Source: a virus. From it: a stretch of 64,000 bases of DNA. Positions within the stretch are counted from its first letter, which is position 1; each line of letters opens with the position of its first letter. Positions 30,150 through 38,992 of the stretch are shown in pieces. Below the pieces are notes generated by a model, which was not told the origin of the DNA, made no database searches, and saw only the letters and a program-made list of their open reading frames with translations. A program made the translations under genes and the position numbers. The DNA lies in IMG/VR virus record IMGVR_UViG_3300046697_000246, positions 1-64,000 of that record; one strand, 5' to 3'.

Positions 30150-30567
30150 TTCCGTTGCTCTTTTTCTTTCCGACTTGGGTTTGAATCGCCTCCCAGACCT
30201 CGCGCGTCACCTGACGGATTTTGCCGGCCATGTCCTGTAATTCAGGTGTCGGTTTGATGAAGGCTCCGGGGTTGTTAGCGTAACAGCAGGCGATCATTCC
30301 GGCATTGAGTTCAATCTGGCAATCCGGGCATACCGCTCCCTCACAAGTGCGTTCGGCTTTGATTTTGATGGTGATGAAGTCGAATGGCTTCAGGCAGATT
30401 TTACAGAGCTTGCGGGGAACGGTGTGCTCGACCGGCTTGCGGCGGTGCGGGATGCGGCCGCGACTGTCATTGCGCACATAATTGACGATGTTGCCAAGCA
30501 GCCGGTTAAGATTGCGCGGGGCTTTTGGGTCATCTGGCATTTCGATTGACTGTGCCACAACTGGCAT
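30127..30567 (-). CDS. zinc-finger hypothetical protein
   Basis: CKIC...CPDC; TGCCA-N4-TGGCA overlaps its start codon (30553-30566). Confidence 0.6.
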   Translation of the reverse strand: MPVVAQSIEMPDDPKAPRNLNRLLGNIVNYVRNDSRGRIPHRRKPVEHTVPRKLCKICLKPFDFITIKIKAERTCEGAVCPDCQIELNAGMIACCYANNPGAFIKPTPELQDMAGKIRQVTREVWEAIQTQVGKKKSNGNGGVHAD

Positions 30568-30579
30568 TGGATGTCAATG

Positions 30580-33500
30580 TCAAAACGTAAGGCGAGGACG
30601 ATGTAACCGGAGCCGTGGCGCATGATGTCTAGCCAACGTCAGTCGCGGCCTTTTGAGCTTGGGTGCACGGTGACTGATTCTGAACGAAGATGGCCGGGCG
30701 CGGCGCAGCTTGGAAATCCGAATCTTTGGAGTGGCGTAGTGCAGGCGCGCGGCGGACGTGCGGCGTCCGAGCGACACCCGGCGGGGTTTGGAACGTCCAC
30801 CGGCGGGGGTATATCGCGCTGCCGTGGCTGCTGGGGCGGCTTTTCCTACACGGGCGGGCACTTGCACCCCAACTGCGGCCAAAGCCTGCGCGTTGGCCTG
30901 CTGGTAAGCGGCCTTGGCCTGCTGTGGCGTGGCTGATGACCCCAATTGGGCGAGATTTGCCTTCAAATACTGCCCGCGAAGCTCGGTGTATTTGTCCAAT
31001 TCAGCCGCCGTCATTGGCCGCATTGTGCCGCCGATGTCGTAACCCTTTGCGCCGTTGATGGATGGAGGACGGAAACCGCTTACAATCATGGCCTGATACG
31101 CCGCCGAATCAGCCTGATTTACGGCAGACTCGCCCGGCGACACGGGGAACGGATACGATCCGGCAGTAATCGCCTGGATGATGCGCTGGGCGTCGTTTGG
31201 CGTCCTGACGGGATCTCCCAAGGAATTGACCAGCCGCGCGCCGGAAGTGGGCAACGGCACGAGGTAATCGAACACAGACGCCATGTTCTTGTCCATCGAG
31301 ACGCCCATCATGCGCGAAACCTCCTGATACATGGGAACGAGCGGCAAAAGCGGGCTTGCTAGTGCCGCCGCAGTTTTCCTCGCGTTTGGCACCCCAAATT
31401 CGGAGTAACCGGACACGGCACCCGCCGCCGTTGAACCGCCTAAAATGGAGTTCCAAACCGCGGCGCCAGCAACAGCCAGCGTGTCGGCAACGTAGTTGTG
31501 CGGGATTGGGCTTCGCGCCAGTCCTTTCGCATCAGCCGCGGCGTCGGCATTTTTCTGCTGTGCCGCCCTTGCATCGGCGAGTCCAGCCGCCGCGCCCGCG
31601 CCGGCCACATAAGGCGCAATCAGGGAGAACGGCCCCACCGTCATGCTGAACGGCGTGAATGTCCCGTCGTCATGCAGCCATTCCACCGTGCCGACCTTGT
31701 GCCCTTCTTCGATGAATCTGTCACGATCCTTTTTGTCGGTCGGGTATTTCAGTTGCACCTTCAACTTGTGATTTAGAATCATCAGGACAACCGTGCTGCC
31801 GACGAGACTGCCGAAAACCGCCATTATCACGTTATGTTTCCGGTCAAGATCGGTTTCATTCGTGGCATGGGTTCCAACACCCTCCTTGCTGACATCACCC
31901 AAAAACAGTTTGTAGGCCGGAGTCAGGCGACCGTGAAAGTTTATCCCATTTCCGATGGCCTGTGAGAAATACGTCGGGATGAACGGCAGATTATGTTTGA
32001 CGGAGAATTGCCGCGCCGACTGCATCATCTTCGACACCGTTCCACCAAGGCTGCCCGCCGCCGGCGGAGACTGCCAAGCCTGGGACATACGCTGGCGCAG
32101 GATGTAAGCCCGCATCGCATCGGACGGCAGCCCCATCAACTCCATCTTCTGATACATCCGTTCCTTGACCAGATAATCAGCGGCCTCGGCCAATTCAGTG
32201 TTGGGAGCCTTCTTCCCGTCCTCTGCAAACGTGCGCCCGGAATCTATCAGCGCGAGCGCCCATTCTTTCTTCATGTCGCCAAAGTTGCCATTCCACGCCA
32301 TCTCGCTTTCCGCGCGAGTCTTTCCGTTCTTCGCCATCTCGACAAAGAACTGATGACGCAGTTCTTGAAACTCGACTTCTTCGCCCTGGAATGCGTCCAG
32401 CGCGCTCACGACGCGGATTGCGTATTTCCACTGGGCGATGAATCCGGTCATGGCCGCGCGTGAATAATCGCCCTTGGCGTAGTATTCCTTGGAAGCGAGT
32501 TCAGCGCGTTCCAGCGCGTTGATGCCCGTCATCATCCGGTCAATGTTTTGCTGTTTTCCGCGACCTGCCATCTGCGCCCGCGCCTGCCGCAGCCCCGGCC
32601 CCATAGATTGAATCCACTGTGATGCCGCTTCGGAATAAGCCTTGGAAACATTTTGATAAATGTCCAGTGGACGCCCCGCCTTTGCATTGGACCCGATTAG
32701 CTCCCACGCCATTGCCGGCGGACGAGTGGCGATCAGGGTCAAATACTGAAATTGCGTGTGCAACAGGAGCCGGACTGGGAATCCCCATTTCGCCAGCAGG
32801 TTTGCCGTTGTGAATTCAATGACGGCCTTGGACGTGTTCCTGCCGGCATCGGTTGGGTTGAACCACGAGAACGGCGGGATGGCCTTGCGCGGATCGGCTG
32901 ACAGCGGCTTGGTGAACTTTGCCCATTCACCAGCAAGTCGGCGGGTCAACTGGCTGATTTCGCTGGTGTTGATGGCTGTTCGTTCGCCATTGCGTCTTTC
33001 AATTTCAGCCGCCTTATCTTTATCCGTGGACATGGTATCGGCCTGAATTCTGGCGCGCTCGGCTGGCGACACGGTTTGCAGGGATTGGATTTTGGAAACC
33101 AGACCGCGCAGCTTTTCGACTTCTTCAGGTGAAGGCACATTCCAGCCGCGCAGCGCGGCAACCCGGCTCAACAACTGCCCGGTATCAGTTCCGCCCGCGT
33201 TGAAAAATTGGCTGATTCGATTCCACAGTTTAGAGTCGCCGGGCGGCATGGTCGCTATCTCGGCTGGAGTCATCGTTCTCACCGCCTCTTTCATTGCGCT
33301 TTCGCGGGCGAGCTTCAGGCGCGCGGTTAGCGCCGAATCCATCACTTTCCACGCGGCGGCGGCTTGTTCTGGCGGAACGCCAAGCTTGCCCACAAGTTGA
33401 CGCATGAATTCGGCCTTCATGCCGGCCTGATCCGCCGTCGGAGTGGCGAGAATCTTTTTGACCAGATCGCTGACTTTCGGGAGCAGGTTGCGAATGGCCG

Positions 33501-36500
33501 ATTTGCCAGCCACGCGGTTGATCATGTCACCGACGAGTCGCGGGTCGGCGAACAGACCGGCATTGACCTTTTGCGCCATCATTTCATCTGGCGTGAGTTT
33601 GTCCGGGTGCTTTGCAGCCTCGAACATCAGGTCGCGGACGCGCGGGCGAACAACGTCGTTGATCTGCTTCAACAACTGCTCGCGGATGACGCCGGAAACC
33701 TGCTTTTTCGTCTCCGCCGATACACCATCCAAATCAATGTTGTCTTGGATGTTTTTCAGATAAGCATCCAGCACGCGCTGAACCTCGGCATCGGGCTGTT
33801 TCGCCAGTTCTGTGATGCTGATGCGTGTATCCACCGGCTTGACCTTGGCCTGTTGGAAGCGCAAGCCTTTGAAATAACGCTCGGCGACGGAGCGCGCCAG
33901 CTTGACGGTGACGGGATCATACCCAGCCCATTCCTCGCGCATCCGTGCCCATTTCTCGAAGTTCGGCAGCTTCAATCCGGCCTCAATCTGCTCCGGTGTC
34001 GGCAGTTCACCCGCTTCGTAGCGGGCGTCAAGCTCGGCTATGGCATCGGCGTTGCCGGAAACCTCATTGCGCGCCGCCTGCTTGCCGGCCTCGATTTCGC
34101 CAGTCTCAACCGCCCGTTGAATTGCGGCTGTGATTTTGTCCTTGTTTGCGTCCGTGACCATCAGGCGCAACTTTTCCAGCGCGGACATCTTCTCTCCGGC
34201 CGGCGGCTCTTGGACGCCGTATTTCTTCAAAGATTCGAGGATGGTGTTCAATTCCTCTTGGAACAGGGCATTTTTCTCCATCTTGCCCGGTGAAGTCTTG
34301 GCCATACTCAACTTCTGCTGGACGGCGCGATACAGCCGGTCGCTCGCCGTCGCTTGATCGGCGGCAATCAGCTTGTTCAGGTCGGCTTCCATGCTCGGAT
34401 TGTCCTTGAGCATCTTCGCAATCTCGGCTTCGGTGAAGAATCCACGGAAATGCTCGACCAGCCGCTTGAAAAACGTCTCGTAAGCGCGCCCACCGAACGC
34501 CAGAGCGTAGGTCTTTTGCAGGAACACCGGGAGATTGGCCGCGACGGTGAGCAAATCCTTCTGGATGCCTTGAACGGAGCGCAACATCCAACCGCGCCAT
34601 GACGATTCACCGGATGAAATACCGATCAACTGGTTCGCCACGTCCTGCGACATGATTTTATACCAGCCGCCGTCGGGAGAGACGTTGTAATTGATGAACC
34701 GGACGAGTGCGGACGAATAGGCCGGATCTCCGCCGGGCGAATTCTGCTGCTGGATGGCCTGCGTCAACTCCTCAATCAGCTTGCTCCCCTCGGCATCGTG
34801 GTTGAACCCGTCCGGGGTGAGCATGGCGACGTTTTCCTCGTGCGGCTCGACGGGGAGCTTCAGGGAATTGATGAAAGCCAGTGCGCGGGCATCGCCTTGG
34901 CGCTTCTGCGCGGGTTGCAACAGGTCTTTGCCGAGCACCTTGTAATCGTTCCCGGCAATCTGCGTCTTGATGCCGTCATCTTGGTTGTCCGGCTCGGATT
35001 CGTCCGGCGGATTGGTCGAATACTTCGGTTCGCCTTGTCCCGTCAATTCCCCTTGAGATTTTGAGTATTCCGCCAAGGCGTCGGCCATTACATTGCGAGC
35101 GTGTTCGACATCCTTGAAGAACCGGCTGGAACCATATTTTCGCTGATTCAGCCAGTCCATGATGCCGTTCATCCACTTCACCATTTCAGAAACAACCTTC
35201 TGGAAAGTGGATGGTGCTTTTTGCGCGAAGCGTTGCCAGAAGGCAGGCTCGGTGATTTGGTCACCAAGTAAATCCGCCAGCGTTTCTTCCTCAATATCCT
35301 CCGGCTTGTAATACTGACCGTATTGTTTTTCCTGTCTCTGGCGCGATGCGGCCAAGTCATCTTTCAAAGCAGACTGAACCTCGGCATACAAATCAGGACG
35401 CTGAACCTTCATCGCGTGAAGCAGTTCATGTGCTGCCGGCCTAATCCACGGGTGAGGATCGTCAGCATTTACGAACAGAACGTCAGGTCGCGAAGGCAGA
35501 AATATCCCGCCACGGCTTTCGCCTTGGATGTTATCCCGGAAGAAAACGATCCTTTTACCAAATAGTTGTGCAAATCCATCAACTCCTCCCTTGAGAAGTT
35601 CCAACAACTGTGGATCGTTTGGTCTGACAGCAACAAGAGAATCTCCTCTGGTGTAGCGCGGGTCTTTTGTGGTAACTGCTCGCCTTGCTGATTCGACAAG
35701 GTTGGCATCAATGCTTGATTCATGGTCATCGTAACGGCCTTTCGGTTCGTTTGGTTCATTGGTTGAAAATTTGGGCGATTCCGGCGGTATCGGCGGTTGC
35801 TGCGGCGCGGCGGGTTGCGCGGCCTGCTGCACCTGATTCAAAATGTCGTTCGCCTCTTGCGGCTTCATCGCGTTGATTTGCGCCTCTGTGTAGCCGCGCG
35901 CCTTCAAATCAACCGTCATCTGTTTTGTGATGAGCAGCGGAACTTTGACACCGCCTTTCGGAATTGGCGGAGCCGATTTCGGCCTTTCTACCGGCTCATC
36001 TCCGTTCCAAATATCCGCCATGTCGCGGGCGTTTTCTTCAGTAGCCCCACCGTGGGCAATTTTTCCAGTCCTTGAATCTGTAACATCCCAAGCGCCAGAT
36101 TTGTTTTGAGACGCAACGAAGCGTTTTCCAAGCGGTGCTTCTTTTTGAGTGACATCAATGCCTGTAAAATCATTCACGGCTTTCACTGATAACGCAATCA
36201 ACTTTTTGAAAACAGCCGCCTCCTTCGGGGTCAATCCTTGCGGAAGAATGCCCTTTGTAATGTAATCGCCAAAGCTCCACCCTTCCGCTTTGAAATTGTC
36301 CATCTTCTGAATGAAGGACTCTGAACTGAAAGTGGCGCGTTCTTCTGGTGTCAATTCTTCCGCAACCAACTCCTCCATCATGCCGGTGACTTTTTCGTTG
36401 TCGCCAGCGTCAGCAGCTTTTTGAAGAAAGTCCTCAACGGCCTTGTTTTCAATCGCGTCCAAGCCGGATTCTTTTTGCAGCCTTGCACCCTCTTGAACGG

Positions 36501-36696
36501 CTTGATAGAGCGTTCTCCCTTTTGGATCGCGCCAAGTCTTGGCATCCAGCCCCAGCAAGCGGATGGAATTCTCAAGGTCTGGTAGGGTGTTATTGTTCCT
36601 GAAAAAAGCCACATAAGAGCGCGGCTCGCCAATGAATCCAACCAGCCGCTTCCAGGTGGCGGCACTTTTATTGGGACAGACAATGTTGACTGGCAT
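30580..36696 (-). CDS. large internal virion/ejection (polyvalent) protein with zincin metallopeptidase-like domain
   Basis: 2038 aa; AAHELLH HEXXH plus EETLAD; KFSTN/KYSTN linkers; Arg-rich C-terminus. Confidence 0.75.
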   Translation of the reverse strand: MPVNIVCPNKSAATWKRLVGFIGEPRSYVAFFRNNNTLPDLENSIRLLGLDAKTWRDPKGRTLYQAVQEGARLQKESGLDAIENKAVEDFLQKAADAGDNEKVTGMMEELVAEELTPEERATFSSESFIQKMDNFKAEGWSFGDYITKGILPQGLTPKEAAVFKKLIALSVKAVNDFTGIDVTQKEAPLGKRFVASQNKSGAWDVTDSRTGKIAHGGATEENARDMADIWNGDEPVERPKSAPPIPKGGVKVPLLITKQMTVDLKARGYTEAQINAMKPQEANDILNQVQQAAQPAAPQQPPIPPESPKFSTNEPNEPKGRYDDHESSIDANLVESARRAVTTKDPRYTRGDSLVAVRPNDPQLLELLKGGVDGFAQLFGKRIVFFRDNIQGESRGGIFLPSRPDVLFVNADDPHPWIRPAAHELLHAMKVQRPDLYAEVQSALKDDLAASRQRQEKQYGQYYKPEDIEEETLADLLGDQITEPAFWQRFAQKAPSTFQKVVSEMVKWMNGIMDWLNQRKYGSSRFFKDVEHARNVMADALAEYSKSQGELTGQGEPKYSTNPPDESEPDNQDDGIKTQIAGNDYKVLGKDLLQPAQKRQGDARALAFINSLKLPVEPHEENVAMLTPDGFNHDAEGSKLIEELTQAIQQQNSPGGDPAYSSALVRFINYNVSPDGGWYKIMSQDVANQLIGISSGESSWRGWMLRSVQGIQKDLLTVAANLPVFLQKTYALAFGGRAYETFFKRLVEHFRGFFTEAEIAKMLKDNPSMEADLNKLIAADQATASDRLYRAVQQKLSMAKTSPGKMEKNALFQEELNTILESLKKYGVQEPPAGEKMSALEKLRLMVTDANKDKITAAIQRAVETGEIEAGKQAARNEVSGNADAIAELDARYEAGELPTPEQIEAGLKLPNFEKWARMREEWAGYDPVTVKLARSVAERYFKGLRFQQAKVKPVDTRISITELAKQPDAEVQRVLDAYLKNIQDNIDLDGVSAETKKQVSGVIREQLLKQINDVVRPRVRDLMFEAAKHPDKLTPDEMMAQKVNAGLFADPRLVGDMINRVAGKSAIRNLLPKVSDLVKKILATPTADQAGMKAEFMRQLVGKLGVPPEQAAAAWKVMDSALTARLKLARESAMKEAVRTMTPAEIATMPPGDSKLWNRISQFFNAGGTDTGQLLSRVAALRGWNVPSPEEVEKLRGLVSKIQSLQTVSPAERARIQADTMSTDKDKAAEIERRNGERTAINTSEISQLTRRLAGEWAKFTKPLSADPRKAIPPFSWFNPTDAGRNTSKAVIEFTTANLLAKWGFPVRLLLHTQFQYLTLIATRPPAMAWELIGSNAKAGRPLDIYQNVSKAYSEAASQWIQSMGPGLRQARAQMAGRGKQQNIDRMMTGINALERAELASKEYYAKGDYSRAAMTGFIAQWKYAIRVVSALDAFQGEEVEFQELRHQFFVEMAKNGKTRAESEMAWNGNFGDMKKEWALALIDSGRTFAEDGKKAPNTELAEAADYLVKERMYQKMELMGLPSDAMRAYILRQRMSQAWQSPPAAGSLGGTVSKMMQSARQFSVKHNLPFIPTYFSQAIGNGINFHGRLTPAYKLFLGDVSKEGVGTHATNETDLDRKHNVIMAVFGSLVGSTVVLMILNHKLKVQLKYPTDKKDRDRFIEEGHKVGTVEWLHDDGTFTPFSMTVGPFSLIAPYVAGAGAAAGLADARAAQQKNADAAADAKGLARSPIPHNYVADTLAVAGAAVWNSILGGSTAAGAVSGYSEFGVPNARKTAAALASPLLPLVPMYQEVSRMMGVSMDKNMASVFDYLVPLPTSGARLVNSLGDPVRTPNDAQRIIQAITAGSYPFPVSPGESAVNQADSAAYQAMIVSGFRPPSINGAKGYDIGGTMRPMTAAELDKYTELRGQYLKANLAQLGSSATPQQAKAAYQQANAQALAAVGVQVPARVGKAAPAATAARYTPAGGRSKPRRVSLGRRTSAARLHYATPKIRISKLRRARPSSFRISHRAPKLKRPRLTLARHHAPRLRLHRPRLTF

Positions 36697-36752
36697 AAAT
36701 CTTCACGTCATTTATACACCGAAACCCGCTTGATTTCAAGCAAAATTAGATG

Positions 36753-36781
36753 TTGACGCAGTATGCCAAATGTGGCATTGT
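36753..36781 (+). promoter_or_regulatory. promoter-like TTGACG with TGCCA-N4-TGGCA operator
   Basis: Operator at 36764-36777 between divergent genes. Confidence 0.55.
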
Positions 36782-36787
36782 GTGGAA

Positions 36788-37198
36788 ATGAAGCGAAAGC
36801 ACAGGCTGGCCGTGACTCAAAACACCACTCCTCCGGGTGAGATTTTGTGGGCGCAATGCAAGGGCGCGTCAAAAAAGAAAATAGATGCGATCAAACGCGA
36901 GATGCGGCGGGATTACAAGCGGTGGAAAAAGCCTTGCCCGAAGTTCACAAAAGCAGATTTTCAGCCGGCTTCGGAATATGAAAAAGGTAGCTTTTGGGTT
37001 CTCGTCACAAGTGAACGGTGGAGCGGTTTTGGTGTTAATGTTGGACTTAATAATTTACCTCAGATTGGTGATGCGCTCAATTTGAACTGGTGGAGGAGTC
37101 CAGCCGATTTTGCAATGGTTGAGGGGCGAAAAGTGCTAAAAGTGGAATATCCAAAACCCACAAAAAGTGATATAGTTAATGCGATAATTTATGTCTAA
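36788..37198 (+). CDS. hypothetical moron-like protein
   Basis: AT-richer ORF opposite to its neighbours, with own promoter. Confidence 0.55.
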   Translation: MKRKHRLAVTQNTTPPGEILWAQCKGASKKKIDAIKREMRRDYKRWKKPCPKFTKADFQPASEYEKGSFWVLVTSERWSGFGVNVGLNNLPQIGDALNLNWWRSPADFAMVEGRKVLKVEYPKPTKSDIVNAIIYV

Positions 37199-37235
37199 AT
37201 CCACTCTGGCAAATTGATGTCTGGGCAGACAATTT

Positions 37236-38468
37236 TCATTTCGATTTCTCCATCAGCTTTACGGCTTCGTCGAGCGCATCGCATTCGGCCTTCAACTGGT
37301 AGCCGCTGACCTTCTCCGCCGCGCCCTTCGCGCTGTCACAGGCTTCCTCGATGGTTGCACCGAGGCCAACAACGCTCGCCACTTCCTCGGCGTGCGTGTC
37401 GTCGGGGATACAATAATCCACGCCGTCAATTCGGCAATGATTGTAAATCTTCATCTGCTCCCTGATTTCTTCGGGGAACAGGATCGCCAAAGGATGATGC
37501 GTTGCCCACGGCGATTTGAAAATGATCTGCGCGACGAACTTCGCCTTTGTCTGCGCGTGAACCAAAACCCCTCCGGCACCTTCCCAAAGGATTTCAGGCA
37601 GGTTGTCAAACGCTTGGCAGAACGTCTCACCCGCCGGGCTTGCGTGGCGCGCGGTAATATCAATCGGAAAACCGTTGCGAAGCTCGATTGACCAGAATTG
37701 GCGATAGCCGTCCATGTGATAGGACAGCTTCGTGTTGGCATCCTTCACTTCCTTGGGCAACGAATCGTAATCCACCAGCTTCCCACAATACGCCTTGTTT
37801 TTGATTTCAAACCCAAAGTAGGAGTTGTTCGGGAACTCGCCTTCAATGCAGTATCCGTCGTAGCCGACCTCGGCGGCATCCGGTATCTCCGCCTCGACGA
37901 TGTAATCGAGCGTTTCCATGATCGGCCCGTGTTGCGCTTCCAACTCGTCCAACTGGCTTTTGACCTCGGTGTAGTTCTTGGATTCAAACGTCTCGGCCAT
38001 GCCGCGGAAGGTGGAAATCTTCACGAACACATTCTCGTGCTTTTGCAAATACAGCCGCAAGTTGGTCATGCCGTGAATCTGCTGCGCCGGATTTGACGGC
38101 AAGCCAACCTCTTTTATCAACCCCTTCGTTTTCCATCGGGCTTGCTCAAGGCTCGACTTCATGCCCGTCCCCCACACGCGCTTCCCGATGCTGCGAAGAT
38201 ATTCCTGCAAATCGCCGTCCCAGCAGTCCGGGAAGATGAACAGATCGTAGTCGTTCACCGCCGGCCAGAAGTATTTGAGCCGCGTCACTCCGAATTCATC
38301 AAGCCCGCTACCGACCGCCAATTCACGGCCATCGCAAAATCCATCCTGCCAAGGTCTGAAATAATCCACTTGCGCGAAAGTGTCTATTGCGGCAAGGCGC
38401 AGCGCGAGCGACACGAACAGGCCGTTGTCGTAGATCAAAACACGTTTCTTGGAAAGGTCTTCGCTCAT
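37236..38468 (-). CDS. ATP-grasp ligase, PurD/GAR-synthetase-like
   Basis: LEQARWKTKGLIKEVGLP, FVKIS, YIVEAEI, EVGYDGY and IDITAR ATP-grasp motifs; C-terminal VVGLGATIEEA. Confidence 0.75.
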   Translation of the reverse strand: MSEDLSKKRVLIYDNGLFVSLALRLAAIDTFAQVDYFRPWQDGFCDGRELAVGSGLDEFGVTRLKYFWPAVNDYDLFIFPDCWDGDLQEYLRSIGKRVWGTGMKSSLEQARWKTKGLIKEVGLPSNPAQQIHGMTNLRLYLQKHENVFVKISTFRGMAETFESKNYTEVKSQLDELEAQHGPIMETLDYIVEAEIPDAAEVGYDGYCIEGEFPNNSYFGFEIKNKAYCGKLVDYDSLPKEVKDANTKLSYHMDGYRQFWSIELRNGFPIDITARHASPAGETFCQAFDNLPEILWEGAGGVLVHAQTKAKFVAQIIFKSPWATHHPLAILFPEEIREQMKIYNHCRIDGVDYCIPDDTHAEEVASVVGLGATIEEACDSAKGAAEKVSGYQLKAECDALDEAVKLMEKSK

Positions 38469-38845
38469 GGCAATGCGTTGATAGCCTCCTCATACGTCGC
38501 CCAATCAACTCCCAACTCGGCTGCGAGCAATCTCTCCACCGTGGTTGCAAAAAAGTGTTCGCGCCGGTATGGGGCAAGCGCAGAATCTCCAGGTTCACTA
38601 TTGTCACCGTCCGGCCTGCACTGCTCGTATTGCTTGTCGAAGGCGTCCACGAGCGCGCAGGTGATTCCCCTGTCCTCGCACAACGCCACTTCGAGCAATT
38701 CGTGGGTTGCCACGAGGAGGGCATATTTGTCGCCAATTTCTTCACTGACGCGAATGTGAAGAACGCCGTCGGCCTCGCGGCGCCAGTCCCCCACCGTGGG
38801 ATACGGCTGTTCGGAGTGCGGAATTGTTTCGATCAAGATTTTCAT
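38465..38845 (-). CDS. small HExxxE/HEXXH-like putative metalloprotein
   Basis: VGDW, LVATHELLE and EHFFAT motifs; ATGA-coupled to the ATP-grasp gene. Confidence 0.55.
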   Translation of the reverse strand: MKILIETIPHSEQPYPTVGDWRREADGVLHIRVSEEIGDKYALLVATHELLEVALCEDRGITCALVDAFDKQYEQCRPDGDNSEPGDSALAPYRREHFFATTVERLLAAELGVDWATYEEAINALP

Positions 38846-38992
38846 GGCAATTTGGCTTTGAAAACTTTCGGCTCGCGTTTCTTCTTCGCCTCGGCGATGC
38901 GCTTGGCAAGGTCGAGCGGCAAGTCCCGAATCTCAACCGGCACGTCGCGCAGGTTCAAATACGGCGATGCGTCTTTCGGCTTGATCGGCTGG

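Noticed and set aside
37236-38468. Calling the ATP-grasp gene purD, or purZ (Z-base synthesis)
   Set aside because: PurZ is PurA-like rather than ATP-grasp; the PurD similarity is at fold level only and no purine pathway context is present.
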